From Candidatus Eiseniibacteriota bacterium (lineage in GTDB: Bacteria > Eisenbacteria > RBG-16-71-46 > CAIMUX01 > VGJL01): a DNA stretch of 64,000 nt. Position numbers and translations under genes: made by a program. The DNA is taken from contig CAWBWI010000006.1 of NCBI GenBank assembly GCA_963792585.1, positions 704,001-768,000 of the forward strand. Direction: 5' to 3'. Every line of letters begins with the position of its first letter. Within the stretch, counting starts at the first letter, position 1. Positions 10,901-19,747 of this stretch are shown piece after piece. A model generated the notes under the pieces. It saw nothing but the letters and a program-made list of their open reading frames with translations. It was not told where the DNA came from and made no database searches.

Positions 10901-12644
10901 GACCCACTATGGACTCGCCATTCGGGCGGTTGACGATTCCGCACTGGTCGGCGGCATCTCGAATCCTCTCGAGTGGACGACGGAATCCCCGCCGCCCGAG
11001 CCGACCCAACCCGAGATGATCGTCGACCTGACGGGCACAAGCCATGGACCCCATTGGGTCGAGCTCGCGTGGACGGCGCCGGCCGTTCAACCGACTGGAG
11101 TTCCCGCCTCACGCTATCGGATCGCATACCGTGTCGGGACGGAGCCGATCGGATCGGAGGAGGCGTGGCTTTCCTCGCTTCAGCCCGATGCCCCGCTGCC
11201 CGTCCCCGCGGACCCCGGCACTCAGGAGCGCTGGACCCTCGAGGGGCTCGCGCCCGCAACCCACTATGCGATCACCCTGCGCGCGGAGGACGCGGCAGGG
11301 CATGTCAGCGACCTCGGTCCCTCCCTCCGCGTGGAGACGAGCGCAGCGCCCGACACGACGGTCGATCCGCCACCGCCGCCGCGTGATCCACCGCCCGCGC
11401 CGATCCTGGATCTGGCGGCCATCGACCGGGGCACCACATGGGTCGACCTGACATGGACCGCGGTCGGAGGGGACAGTCTCGACGGCAGGGCAGCGCGGTA
11501 CGATGCCCGCGTACTCCAGGGCCGCGCCATTGTCGATGAGAGCGATTGGAGCGCCTCGCCGTCGGTGGAGACGGCGATGCCGAATCCGGCGGTGTCGGGG
11601 ACGATCGAGCGCGTGCGGATCGAAGGGCTCGCGCCCGGCATCGCGTACGGATTCTCCGTCCGCGCGGTCGACGATGTGGGTCAGGCGTCCGCGCTGACCG
11701 GGGGGGTCCTCGTCACGACCCTCACCCCACCACCGGAACCGCCCGCTCCGATTCGAGACTTGACCGTTGAGGAGATCACGACCAGCGGGGCGCGCGTTCG
11801 CTGGTCCCATTCGTCCGATCCGGGGGATCCCGGGGCTCCCGCACGTTTCGTGGTGGGAATCTCGCGCGATCCCATCGATGGCGCGACGTGGCCCCAAGCC
11901 CGCAAGCATCCGAACCCGCCCCTTCCCGGCGATGCCGGCGACATCGTGGTTGCCGTCTGGGACGACCTCGAAGAAAGCACGCCCTACTGGACGGCCGTGC
12001 GTGTGCAGAACGCCGACAGCCTCTGGTCGACCCTGGTCGCAGTGGCGTTCACGACATCCACCGCACCGGACCTGGCCCCTCCCGCGACCCCATCGGGCCT
12101 CCGGATCGCCGGCATCGATGATTTCGGGCAGACGCGTCTCGAATGGGATCCGTCATCGGACGCCGACCTCGCCGGCTACCGCGTCTATGGGCGATCCGAC
12201 GGAGGGACATGGCACGTCCTGGTCGCCGAGATGCTGTCCGCGAGCGCATCGAGCGTCGTTCTGACCGCACCCCCAGGCACCGAGTTCGCATTGGCCGCGG
12301 TCGACATCGCGGGCAACGAGAGCAGCTTCAGTTCCCCCGTGCTCCTCGAGGACCGCATCCTTGGCCTGCGAGGACCATTCCCCCATCCCGTGACCGACCG
12401 CTGCCGCTTCGAGGTGGATCTGCCGCTGGGAGTCCCCTCCACCGAGGTCGTGCTCCGTATCCTGGATTCCACAGGCAAGGAGATCCGGCGCGTGGAAGGG
12501 GGCACACCGGTCGGAGTGGGTGTGATCGGGATCCCCTGGGATCGGAAGGACGGCACGGGGCACCCGGCCGCGCCGGGATTCTACCTCGTCGTCCTCGAGG
12601 CTGGCGGAAGAACCCTGCATCGACGGATCTTCGCCGCGCCCTGA
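7929..12644 (+). CDS. Large secreted protein: putative glycoside-hydrolase-like N-domain, about 9 fibronectin type III repeats, FlgD/T9SS-like C-terminal domain
   Basis: Signal peptide; 'MRFGLGTAMLGDGYF...W.PEFD.DFG.P.G' (GHL15-like, from memory); repeats 'PP..I.DL......L.WT..GDDG..G.A..Y'; C-terminal 'PFPHP...ILDSTG..IR...WD.KD..G.P..PG.Y'. Confidence 0.85.
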   Translation: MNRTLLVIGLLFGLAAPALATRGVANYPKVLTYSSAMSELPPAVRDTLSWYDVIVCMDRPTTLQGLRERNPDQRYLWQVQPQYSEPFTGENPWWLPDTTWSVKRLFMLYVKQNDWYLRDINGEIVTDGVHLLVNWTRYCPVGTYGSAKGLRASQWMASVGLPAVILSGRGMPPWSWDSHDSYNGLMFEILADCLGSYGWGPLQYADPNQDGIPEGVTHTCTGGGTDDPLSVLFREENEEFYERLSAAFPADFVFTINENTSPVGPWWRTRLSGMKLENWMRGLGAGWLDWWDYFYGITPPDFPGVNWGSGYYWAEQNYDRPVADRLKGWDLSFIVTWKEQNKSGVENLQQMRFGLGTAMLGDGYFNYSLDDRHPQWQPEFDWDFGDPMGDFARELYGSDTLYVRTFTKGMVAVNPNATAVDDVPAHDSRFTFWLPVEDLQGEPAGQDAIRANWTTPQGDHNDADSFELRYATSPITMETWADAAPYAGNPIIATPGSPVDVRIDGLASGQTYSLAVRTRTQGRPEPILSNIAQAATDGVPDTTLPGMIVDLRATDVGQDWIQLAWTSVGDDGDIGIAAHTRIRILLDDSIEDETDWNRSIVVNGVGAPRPPGATDTYRIRGLAAGRSYGIAVRAQDDVGHLSPLHPAVQVRTDDAPPPPPVDREPPATITDLAGETGDPGEIRIRWSAPGDDGWEGLADHYLIRYLRNRAIATESDWTSATPYTRDLPEPGAARSLQSIDLTGLTPGASYGICVRAVDDGGNVGGISNALVRAAGAETPPPVDDIPPSAIADLVAESVTETGAILTWTATGDDGDQGTAMVYEFGLLRGRAIAGQADWVAADPKDVALPQPARAGTRQTYSLTGLDPGTIYGVAMRARDEADNLSPLGPPTTIETAAPPPPPPPDPQPPAAIADLRLVAVGVDTARIEWTSPGDDGDVGQALLYLIRLRVGGTIATEADWQAATVVDTSGIGLPATAGTTEQWTLRGLAQETHYGLAIRAVDDSALVGGISNPLEWTTESPPPEPTQPEMIVDLTGTSHGPHWVELAWTAPAVQPTGVPASRYRIAYRVGTEPIGSEEAWLSSLQPDAPLPVPADPGTQERWTLEGLAPATHYAITLRAEDAAGHVSDLGPSLRVETSAAPDTTVDPPPPPRDPPPAPILDLAAIDRGTTWVDLTWTAVGGDSLDGRAARYDARVLQGRAIVDESDWSASPSVETAMPNPAVSGTIERVRIEGLAPGIAYGFSVRAVDDVGQASALTGGVLVTTLTPPPEPPAPIRDLTVEEITTSGARVRWSHSSDPGDPGAPARFVVGISRDPIDGATWPQARKHPNPPLPGDAGDIVVAVWDDLEESTPYWTAVRVQNADSLWSTLVAVAFTTSTAPDLAPPATPSGLRIAGIDDFGQTRLEWDPSSDADLAGYRVYGRSDGGTWHVLVAEMLSASASSVVLTAPPGTEFALAAVDIAGNESSFSSPVLLEDRILGLRGPFPHPVTDRCRFEVDLPLGVPSTEVVLRILDSTGKEIRRVEGGTPVGVGVIGIPWDRKDGTGHPAAPGFYLVVLEAGGRTLHRRIFAAP

Positions 12645-12777
12645 CGATCGCCCGGTCACAGGGCGATCGGGAGGAAATCGGTAGAACCGAACCAACCGGA
12701 TCGGGCCGAGGCGACCCCACGTACGCTCCAACTCGAAACCGACCCCTGCACGATACCGCTCCGGGTCGACGGAGGCG

Positions 12778-12807
12778 TTGACCCGATCCCTCGATATCGC
12801 GTATACT
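12778..12807 (+). promoter_or_regulatory. Sigma70-type promoter
   Basis: TTGACC-N18-TATACT directly upstream of the 12824 ORF. Confidence 0.55.
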
Positions 12808-12823
12808 TATCCCTACTTGAAGC

Positions 12824-15079
12824 ATGGGTTGTGCCTTAGCGGCCTGTTGCATTGATCCGACAACGGCTCCCTGGGAGGGGTGCATGCTCTCTGTCGCCGC
12901 GGCTGCTCGACATGGCTGGCCCTTGCATCTCGCCCGTCTTGCTGAATCCGGGAGACGGGTCGTCCTTCCCTTGATGGCGACGCTCGCCGCCATCGCTTCG
13001 TACGGTCAACCCGCAGCCGCCTATCGCTTGAGCCTCGACATCCGGGACACCCTGGGAAATCCGCTGCAGGCGCGGGTCCGAATCGTGGATCAGACCAACC
13101 ACCTTCATCCCGACTCGATCGATGCGGCACGCCTCTGTTTCCTGGGGGCGGGAGGATACTTCTACGCGGACAGCGCGACGTGGGTTGATGTCCCGGCGGG
13201 CGTGACCCGGGTGACCGTCGGCAGGGGTTTCGAGTGGAAGCCCTACAACCGCACGATCTATGTGCAAAGCGATACTCTGGTCCAGGTGACCCTCGAACGC
13301 CTGGTCGATTTCGGCGGGATGGGTTGGTTCGGTGGAGACCTACACGCACACACGCAGCACGAGCCCCTTGATTACTCGATCCCTCCCCTCACCGCGAAGC
13401 TGATGGCGCGCGCGGAAGGACTCTCCGTCCTTCATCTTCTCGATCAGGAAACCAATTTTACCGGCTACCCGGATGCGACCTCGGACGCGCAGACCATCCT
13501 CTACTATTCGTTCGAGTACAGGAACCAGGCGTACGGGCACGTGCCCCTACCGGGCCTTACGCAAGTGATCCCGCGCAGCTGCTGCTTCTATCCCGGACAG
13601 GCCTGGCCCATGATCGTCGATCTGCGTAAGGACATCGTTCCCCTGAAGGGCCCGATGATCGTCCTTGGGCACCCCCACACGACCAATGACTACTACCTGG
13701 ACGGCACATGGCCCGGGGCCGGACTCGGCCGCGAGCTCCCCGTGCTGGCAGCGTTCGGCATGCTCGATGCGATGGACGTCGTTTCGTTCAGCAACGTTCC
13801 CTATGGCGACTGGAACGAGTGGTACGACATCCTGTCCAGCGGCGTGGCCTGCCCCGCGTCGGCGGGGACCGATGTGATCCTCACCGGGTTTGCCAGCAAC
13901 CCTGTCGGAGGTTGGCGCGTCTACACCGATCTGGGCGCCGGGCAACCCCTCGACTACTGGGCTTGGGTCGACGCGCTGAAGGCGGGACGCACATTCGTCA
14001 CGAACTACCCTCTCATCTCCGAGTTCACCGTGGGTGGGCACGGTCCGGGGGAAACGATCAATGTGACGACCGGTGATGTTCTCGATGAAGAGATCCACAT
14101 ACACGCATACTGTGCCGTCGGCCTCAGCAAGATCTCCATCCTGGCGGAGGGTTCCGAGGTCTGGTCCATGAGCTTCGCTGGACAGATCCCCCCCGTGTTA
14201 GAGACCGACCAGATCGTGCACCTGCAGATCCCTACACCGTCCTGGTTGGTCGCCAAGGTGGAGGGTCTCACCGGGAATCCGCACGCTGCGGTCGGCGCGC
14301 CGCTGGCCATCACCTCGGCGATACGGACCTTGCGCGACGGGCAACCGATCCGCCGGACCGGGGCATCCGGACGAATGCTCGATTCCCTCGATCGCCTCGC
14401 GAACTTCGTCGACATCCGCGGCAACTGGGAGCACACGTGGGAGCGGGATTCGGTCATGACGCGCATCGACCGGGCCCGGGCATTCTACAACCAAGCCTTC
14501 GTGGTCGCCCCCAACCCGTTCCTGTTGGTCGCCCCGGCAGACGGCGATTCGGTCGCGACTGGAGACCTCACCCTCCGGTGGCAGACGGGAGGGGATCCCG
14601 AGGTCGGCGATCGCATCAGCTACGTTGTCCGGATCGCATCCGACTCCACCATGGCGCACCCCTTGAGTTACAAGACGGGCCAGAACAGCCTGAATGGCAT
14701 GCTCTTGGTGCCGGACCGCTGGTACTGGTGGAATGTGGACGCGGTCGACCGCGGGGGCAATACGACCCGATCCACACCCACGATCTCCAAGTTCTTCGCT
14801 CGAAGCGCGACGTCGGATGTCGCGGGCGCACAACCGCGGCTCGTGCTTCCGCGCGGCGTGCCGAATCCCAGCACGGGCATCGTGCGCTTCGAGGGGCTGG
14901 CCGAGCCGGTTTCCATCGTGGACGTGACCGGCCGGCGCGTCGCCGGTAGCGGCGACGGCGTCATGATGGTCGACGGCGTGCTGGTGTGGGACGGAACGAT
15001 CCACGGGCACCCGGCCCCTCCCGGCATCTATCTCGCACGGGGTGGCGCAGCCACGGTTCGTGTGATTCGCCTTCCCTAG
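12824..15079 (+). CDS. Secreted PHP-fold (CehA/McbA-like) metallohydrolase with FlgD/T9SS-like C-terminal domain
   Basis: 'WFGGDLHAHT', 'GHPH', 'AGTD', 'LKAGRTFVTN.P'; C-terminal 'PNPS...VDVTGRRV...WDG....PAPPGIY'. True start probably ~12883-12974. Confidence 0.8.
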   Translation: MGCALAACCIDPTTAPWEGCMLSVAAAARHGWPLHLARLAESGRRVVLPLMATLAAIASYGQPAAAYRLSLDIRDTLGNPLQARVRIVDQTNHLHPDSIDAARLCFLGAGGYFYADSATWVDVPAGVTRVTVGRGFEWKPYNRTIYVQSDTLVQVTLERLVDFGGMGWFGGDLHAHTQHEPLDYSIPPLTAKLMARAEGLSVLHLLDQETNFTGYPDATSDAQTILYYSFEYRNQAYGHVPLPGLTQVIPRSCCFYPGQAWPMIVDLRKDIVPLKGPMIVLGHPHTTNDYYLDGTWPGAGLGRELPVLAAFGMLDAMDVVSFSNVPYGDWNEWYDILSSGVACPASAGTDVILTGFASNPVGGWRVYTDLGAGQPLDYWAWVDALKAGRTFVTNYPLISEFTVGGHGPGETINVTTGDVLDEEIHIHAYCAVGLSKISILAEGSEVWSMSFAGQIPPVLETDQIVHLQIPTPSWLVAKVEGLTGNPHAAVGAPLAITSAIRTLRDGQPIRRTGASGRMLDSLDRLANFVDIRGNWEHTWERDSVMTRIDRARAFYNQAFVVAPNPFLLVAPADGDSVATGDLTLRWQTGGDPEVGDRISYVVRIASDSTMAHPLSYKTGQNSLNGMLLVPDRWYWWNVDAVDRGGNTTRSTPTISKFFARSATSDVAGAQPRLVLPRGVPNPSTGIVRFEGLAEPVSIVDVTGRRVAGSGDGVMMVDGVLVWDGTIHGHPAPPGIYLARGGAATVRVIRLP

Positions 15080-15141
15080 AACCCGCGAATTCCCCTGCTC
15101 AGAGGGTCCCTCCCCAAGCTGAACCGCTCAGCGTGGGTGCA

Positions 15142-15594
15142 TCAGCCCGCTCTCAAGGCCGCCTGGACGACTTCCTCCAGGTGCTGCAGAAAGCGCGAGC
15201 GATCTCGCTTCTCGAACGGTGCGGGGCCGCCCGTGATCGTCCCGAGTTCGCGGAGGTGAGCCGAGATCGCCCGGGACGCGAGGGCATCGCCGATGGAATC
15301 TTCCGTGAAGATCCGACCGTTGGGAGCGAGCACCCGGGCACCCTTCTGCAGACACCGGGACGCCAGGGGAATGTCGGCGGAGACTACGATGTCGTTGCCC
15401 GCGACATGGTCCACGATCCAGTCATCCGCGGAGTCGAACTGCCCGTCCACGACGACCAGCGTCAGGTAGGTCTCCTGCGGAATGCGCATCCACGCATTGC
15501 TCACCAGCGTGACCGAGAGGCCGTGACGCCGGGCTACACGACTGATTTCCTGCTTCACGGGACACGCGTCAGCATCTACGAAGATGTTGACCAT
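15142..15594 (-). CDS. yaiI: YaiI/YqxD (UPF0178) family protein
   Basis: 'IFVDADACPVK', 'DSADDWI', 'DIPLA', 'TGGPAPF..RDRSRFLQ.L'; GGAGG before ATG 15594. Confidence 0.92.
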   Translation of the reverse strand: MVNIFVDADACPVKQEISRVARRHGLSVTLVSNAWMRIPQETYLTLVVVDGQFDSADDWIVDHVAGNDIVVSADIPLASRCLQKGARVLAPNGRIFTEDSIGDALASRAISAHLRELGTITGGPAPFEKRDRSRFLQHLEEVVQAALRAG

Positions 15595-15672
15595 TTCCCC
15601 TCCTGTCATGCCGGCTGCCGCGCGGTGGGGTCGAGGGCGAGCGCACGGTGCGCGCGGCCATCGGGGCCAGCG

Positions 15673-16227
15673 TCACTTCGTCAGCTTCGCAAGCAGGACG
15701 TCGCAGGCATTGTCGCCGCATCGTGTGATCTGGAGCTGCCCACCCTCCACCACGGCGCGGACCTTGTGCTTGGAGATGACCTCCCCATCGAGGAGTATGG
15801 CGACCGTGCCTCCCAGGTGCGCCCGAGTGAAGTCCTCCAACGGCTTCACCTGTTCATGGGAGAGAGTCACACTCAGCATGGTCCAGCCGCGGCCGTCCTT
15901 CCTGGCATCCGGGGGCCCGGAGAGGACCAGCGGCACATAGCTCTCGGTATCGAGTGCGAGATACTCCGGAGGCGTGGCCGGGTCGGCATCCGTGTACTTC
16001 CGATCATAGACCACGACGCTGTGTCCGGGTCCTTCCAGGCGCGCGCTGTCGGGCATCGATGCTTCCCGGATCACGGCATAGAGACCATTCGGGAGTGCCG
16101 TCGCCTCGTGCTCGCTCCTCGTCGAGGAACGCTCCTTTGGCGTGGAGTTCCGCGTGCAGGAGGGTGTCAGCCACAGCTGGGCCAGGAATATCATGCACAA
16201 GGTCAGACGCGCGAATCGGGGCGACAT
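15673..16227 (-). CDS. Stand-alone SecD/SecF P1-head-like domain, possible lipoprotein
   Basis: 'L..FTRAHLGGTVAILLDGEVIS...V...V.GG.LQIT' matches the SecD P1 head; signal ends LTPS-C; no SecD TM region. Confidence 0.65.
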   Translation of the reverse strand: MSPRFARLTLCMIFLAQLWLTPSCTRNSTPKERSSTRSEHEATALPNGLYAVIREASMPDSARLEGPGHSVVVYDRKYTDADPATPPEYLALDTESYVPLVLSGPPDARKDGRGWTMLSVTLSHEQVKPLEDFTRAHLGGTVAILLDGEVISKHKVRAVVEGGQLQITRCGDNACDVLLAKLTK

Positions 16228-16347
16228 CCTCACCCACCCTTTCTGGGGCCGCCATCCGGATCCGGTCCCGAGCCTGCGGCCACCCGGGAGGATACCCTCT
16301 TGCACGGGATTGGCGCACGCAGACACCCGCACGCGCACGCGGGGCCG

Positions 16348-16376
16348 TTGAGGAAAGATGCGGAACATGTTACAAT
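16348..16376 (+). promoter_or_regulatory. Sigma70-type promoter with extended -10
   Basis: TTGAGG-N17-TACAAT with TGn extension, ~180 nt upstream of 16557. Confidence 0.5.
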
Positions 16377-16556
16377 TTGGCGCCGAAACGGGACCATCTC
16401 CCGTGCCGGTGGGCGAGGTCGCCGGCGCCGACCGATCGGTCTCGCACCGTCGGTCGCCGGAACCGATTTCCGCGTCGTAGTATGAGTTGCTGACCTGGTG
16501 GTCGCCCGGCTGTCCCTTCGTGCTCGGGCGCGAAGGAACGAAGGAGGAAAGCATCC

Positions 16557-17483
16557 ATGAAGCGGATCATGCTGGCCGCGATACTCGCGATGTTCTGCGC
16601 GCAGGCCGATGCCGGTGTCGTCTACCAGCAGCCACCGCGCGCGAGCGGCGGGTTCTATCACTCCTCCTGGTTGGACCCCGACGGCAGCAACTACGACGAG
16701 TACGTGTGGGACAAGTTCGTGCTCGCGTCCACGGCGGACGTCGACACGATCGAATGGCGTGGCGCCTACGATCCCGCCTACTTCGGCGCGGGCGGACCGG
16801 TAGTCGATTTCTGGGTCGGGATCTACGCTTCCATTCCGGGAGGATCGGAACCCGATGTCGCGCATCCTCCTCTGGTCGAATACCAAGTCGGCGGCAATGC
16901 AGGCGAGACGTACGCGGGCGTCTTCGGAGGCGCAACGATGTATGACTACAGCTTCGCACTGCCGGTCGCATTCCATGCGCAGGCGGCCGTTCCGTACTGG
17001 GTGCACATCGAGGGATGGCAATGGGGGACATACCCGGACTGGAGCGTCGCGGCCGGCACGGGCGGCGACGGCTCCCACTTCCGCTGCCGACACGTAACAA
17101 ACAACCCAATTGCCGACGTACCCACCGGCTGCTATTTCAGCACGATCTCCGGTGATGCCGCCTTCACGCTGCTCACCACGGCCGTCGCCGGCGCGGAAGA
17201 CGCGCCCGGCACGGCCGACTTTACTCTGCGCGGCCAGTTGCCGAACCCGTCGCGCGGCGACCGGCTGGACGTCCTCTTCAACCTGCCGGACGCGGCACCG
17301 GCCGAGCTCGCGCTCTTCGACGTGGGTGGACGGCGCGTGGCATTCGAGCAGGTAGGCGCTTTGGGTGTGGGGCCGCACATCGTGGACCTCGCCGCGCAGG
17401 GGCCGATCGAACCCGGGCTCTACTTCGCCCGGCTCTCGCACGGCGGTCGATCGCAACGAGTCAAGGTGATCGTCACGCGCTGA
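16557..17483 (+). CDS. Secreted beta-sandwich protein with FlgD/T9SS-like C-terminal domain; passenger domain homologous to the tandem-array proteins
   Basis: AAGGAGG RBS; signal peptide ending ADA; 'QQPP...SS...DKF.L.....I.W.G.Y...YW'; C-terminal 'PNPS...LFDVGGRRV...PGLYFARL'. Confidence 0.8.
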   Translation: MKRIMLAAILAMFCAQADAGVVYQQPPRASGGFYHSSWLDPDGSNYDEYVWDKFVLASTADVDTIEWRGAYDPAYFGAGGPVVDFWVGIYASIPGGSEPDVAHPPLVEYQVGGNAGETYAGVFGGATMYDYSFALPVAFHAQAAVPYWVHIEGWQWGTYPDWSVAAGTGGDGSHFRCRHVTNNPIADVPTGCYFSTISGDAAFTLLTTAVAGAEDAPGTADFTLRGQLPNPSRGDRLDVLFNLPDAAPAELALFDVGGRRVAFEQVGALGVGPHIVDLAAQGPIEPGLYFARLSHGGRSQRVKVIVTR

Positions 17484-17509
17484 CGCAGCGCACGGGGGAA
17501 TCCGCCAGG

Positions 17510-19747
17510 TCAGTTCGCGCGACGACGCAACGTGAGTCCGTAGATCCGGAGGGGAACGCCGGGGTCGGCATCGACCGCAACCGAGAGACTCTCGCATCGG
17601 CTCAGGCGAAACGGAAGGGCAAGGGACGCGAAGTCGGAATGCCGGCCGGCGGGCACGAAGGTTGCCGCGGTGTACTGGATCCCGTCTGCGGCGACCCAGG
17701 CGCGGACCGTATCCGATTCGCGTGAGACGACCAGAATCGCTTCGTATTCGCCGCTGCCGTACCGCTCCTTGAGAACTTCCTCGGGCACCGACCAGGAGAT
17801 GCGGGCAGGCTCCTTGCCGCCGGCGCTCCAGCAACCGCCGGAGAACGACCGGGCGTCGATCTCCACCCGGAACCCGAGACACTCGCTCGGCGGGGCGCCA
17901 CACGGATCGAAGTAGTCACGGAACGGCCATGGAACATCGTTTCGTGCGAAGATGCCGTAGCAGTATCCCTGACCTTTCCTGTAGAGATCCTGCGCCTTGT
18001 ACTCATCGGAGCCGAGAAACAGGATCGGAGGCTTTCCGGCCTTCAGAGGCACCGGGAGAACGGAGACGAGGCGGTAGTTCGAGACGAACTCCTCGTGATG
18101 CGAGAGATCGAAGAGCCACGTGCTCTCCCCGCGCTCATTGTCCAGCCACTCGGCGATGAGATCGGGGTGCTGTGAGAGCACGTATCCGACATCCTTCTTC
18201 TCGTGCCCGGGATAGCCTTTGCCGAATCCGGGACTTGGCGTCCGTGCGATGTGGGCGTTGTTCAATCCCAACGCGTCGACCGATCGCAGATCGGAGAAGC
18301 ACGGAATCGCTCCGCACGCGCTCGTCGCGAGAACAGTTCCGTCCGGTGCGTTCGCGTTCAGCCATCTACCAAGCAGAGTCCACGAGGCGACGCGAGAATC
18401 CCGGTACCCCTCGGTGTCCAGGAATTCCCTCCGGATCCCGTACTGACGATAGACGGCGCCCGCGATGACGAGGCACACGACGGCGGCCACCGCGATCGTG
18501 CGAATCCGGGCGGCGGAGAGCCCCCCCGATCCGGCGAGGCGGCCTGCGGCATCCGCCGCGATGATCCACGGGATCACCGCGACGAGAAGCAGGAGCCGTT
18601 CTCCCATGAAGTCGCCGCCGATTCCGATGTAGTAGAGGCTGATCGTCAAGAAGAGCGAGATGAGATAGACCGAAGGCCACACCGGACCGATCTCCCGCCG
18701 TCGCGCGATCCGGAAAGCGATGCACGCAGCGGCGACAGGAAGCGCGACATGCATCCCAAGCAGCGAGTAGGCGCGCCGCAGATAGGTGATTCCCCGAGGG
18801 ATGGCCTGCCACGGAGGCCCTGTCTTCACGAGGAACGTGTTCGGCACGAGAGCATGGTAGAAGGCAAGTCGCCACGCGAGGTGGGGAAGGATCACGAGCG
18901 CTGCGCCTGCGAGGAGCGTGCCTGCGCACCGCCCGCGCAGGCCTGCGCGGTGCTGGATCGCGAGATAGGCCGCGGAAAGGGCGATGAAGGCGAAACCCTC
19001 CGGTCGGACGAGGGTCGCGATACCCCACAAGATCCCTGTGGCGAAGGCCCCCCTTGCGCCATTCGAGGCGACGATCGTCCTGCGGGCCCCCCACAGGAAG
19101 ATCCAGATGGCGAGCGGCATCTCCAGACCCGACAAGGCCCACCGGTAGTACGGGTGCTGAATCGAGACAAGGAGCACGGCGAGGGCGGCGATCGCGTCGC
19201 GCCGCCCTTTGGGCAGATCGGAACCCACGACCCGCGTGAGGCGGAAGACCTCGAGCAGCGCCAGGGCGAGAAAGAGGAGGCCGAGCAGGTGAACGGTCGG
19301 AACGACATCGAGTCCCGTTCGGGTGATGCCGGCCAGGAGCAGCATCCAGAGAACGCTCGTGTACCCCTCGACATGTTCACCGGGATTCCAGACCGGACCA
19401 TGACCGGCGACGAGGTTTCTGGCGTAGCGGAGGGTGATGTAGGCATCATCCTCTTGAAAATCGAGGGAGAGCGCGTGGAGCAACGTGAATCCCTGGAACG
19501 CGAAGACGACCACCGCCAGGAGGATCAGAAACCCCGTGAGCGCCGAACCCGGAGACGGACGGACCTGCACCGTCAACCGCGAGTCCCCAACCGCTGTCCG
19601 CCTGCGCCTTCCATCTGCTCCGTCCGCATGCACGCCCCTGATGGCCCACCCCGCCGTCGCGCTCTGGTTGCGCCGTAAACTATTGTACCCCGGCGGCATG
19701 GAGGAAACCAAGCATCGTTCCCAACGCCCCCGGGAAGACGCATTCAA
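17510..19747 (-). CDS. GT-C-type polytopic glycosyltransferase (AftB/PMT_2-like)
   Basis: 'EDDAYITLRYARNL..GHGPVWNPGE.VEGYTS', 'SGLE', 'RPEG', 'LVPNTF..K', 'GGDFM..R', 'D.LGL', 'GHEK'. Start probably downstream of 19747. Confidence 0.8.
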   Translation of the reverse strand: MNASSRGRWERCLVSSMPPGYNSLRRNQSATAGWAIRGVHADGADGRRRRTAVGDSRLTVQVRPSPGSALTGFLILLAVVVFAFQGFTLLHALSLDFQEDDAYITLRYARNLVAGHGPVWNPGEHVEGYTSVLWMLLLAGITRTGLDVVPTVHLLGLLFLALALLEVFRLTRVVGSDLPKGRRDAIAALAVLLVSIQHPYYRWALSGLEMPLAIWIFLWGARRTIVASNGARGAFATGILWGIATLVRPEGFAFIALSAAYLAIQHRAGLRGRCAGTLLAGAALVILPHLAWRLAFYHALVPNTFLVKTGPPWQAIPRGITYLRRAYSLLGMHVALPVAAACIAFRIARRREIGPVWPSVYLISLFLTISLYYIGIGGDFMGERLLLLVAVIPWIIAADAAGRLAGSGGLSAARIRTIAVAAVVCLVIAGAVYRQYGIRREFLDTEGYRDSRVASWTLLGRWLNANAPDGTVLATSACGAIPCFSDLRSVDALGLNNAHIARTPSPGFGKGYPGHEKKDVGYVLSQHPDLIAEWLDNERGESTWLFDLSHHEEFVSNYRLVSVLPVPLKAGKPPILFLGSDEYKAQDLYRKGQGYCYGIFARNDVPWPFRDYFDPCGAPPSECLGFRVEIDARSFSGGCWSAGGKEPARISWSVPEEVLKERYGSGEYEAILVVSRESDTVRAWVAADGIQYTAATFVPAGRHSDFASLALPFRLSRCESLSVAVDADPGVPLRIYGLTLRRRAN

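Noticed and set aside
9417..11090. Long antisense and alternate-frame ORFs (e.g. 9417-11090, 14986-16485, 16230-17903, 18203-19678, 49926-51602, 60206-61495)
   Set aside because: Shadows of real genes in high-GC DNA; Arg/Pro-rich or antisense-pattern translations with no family motifs.
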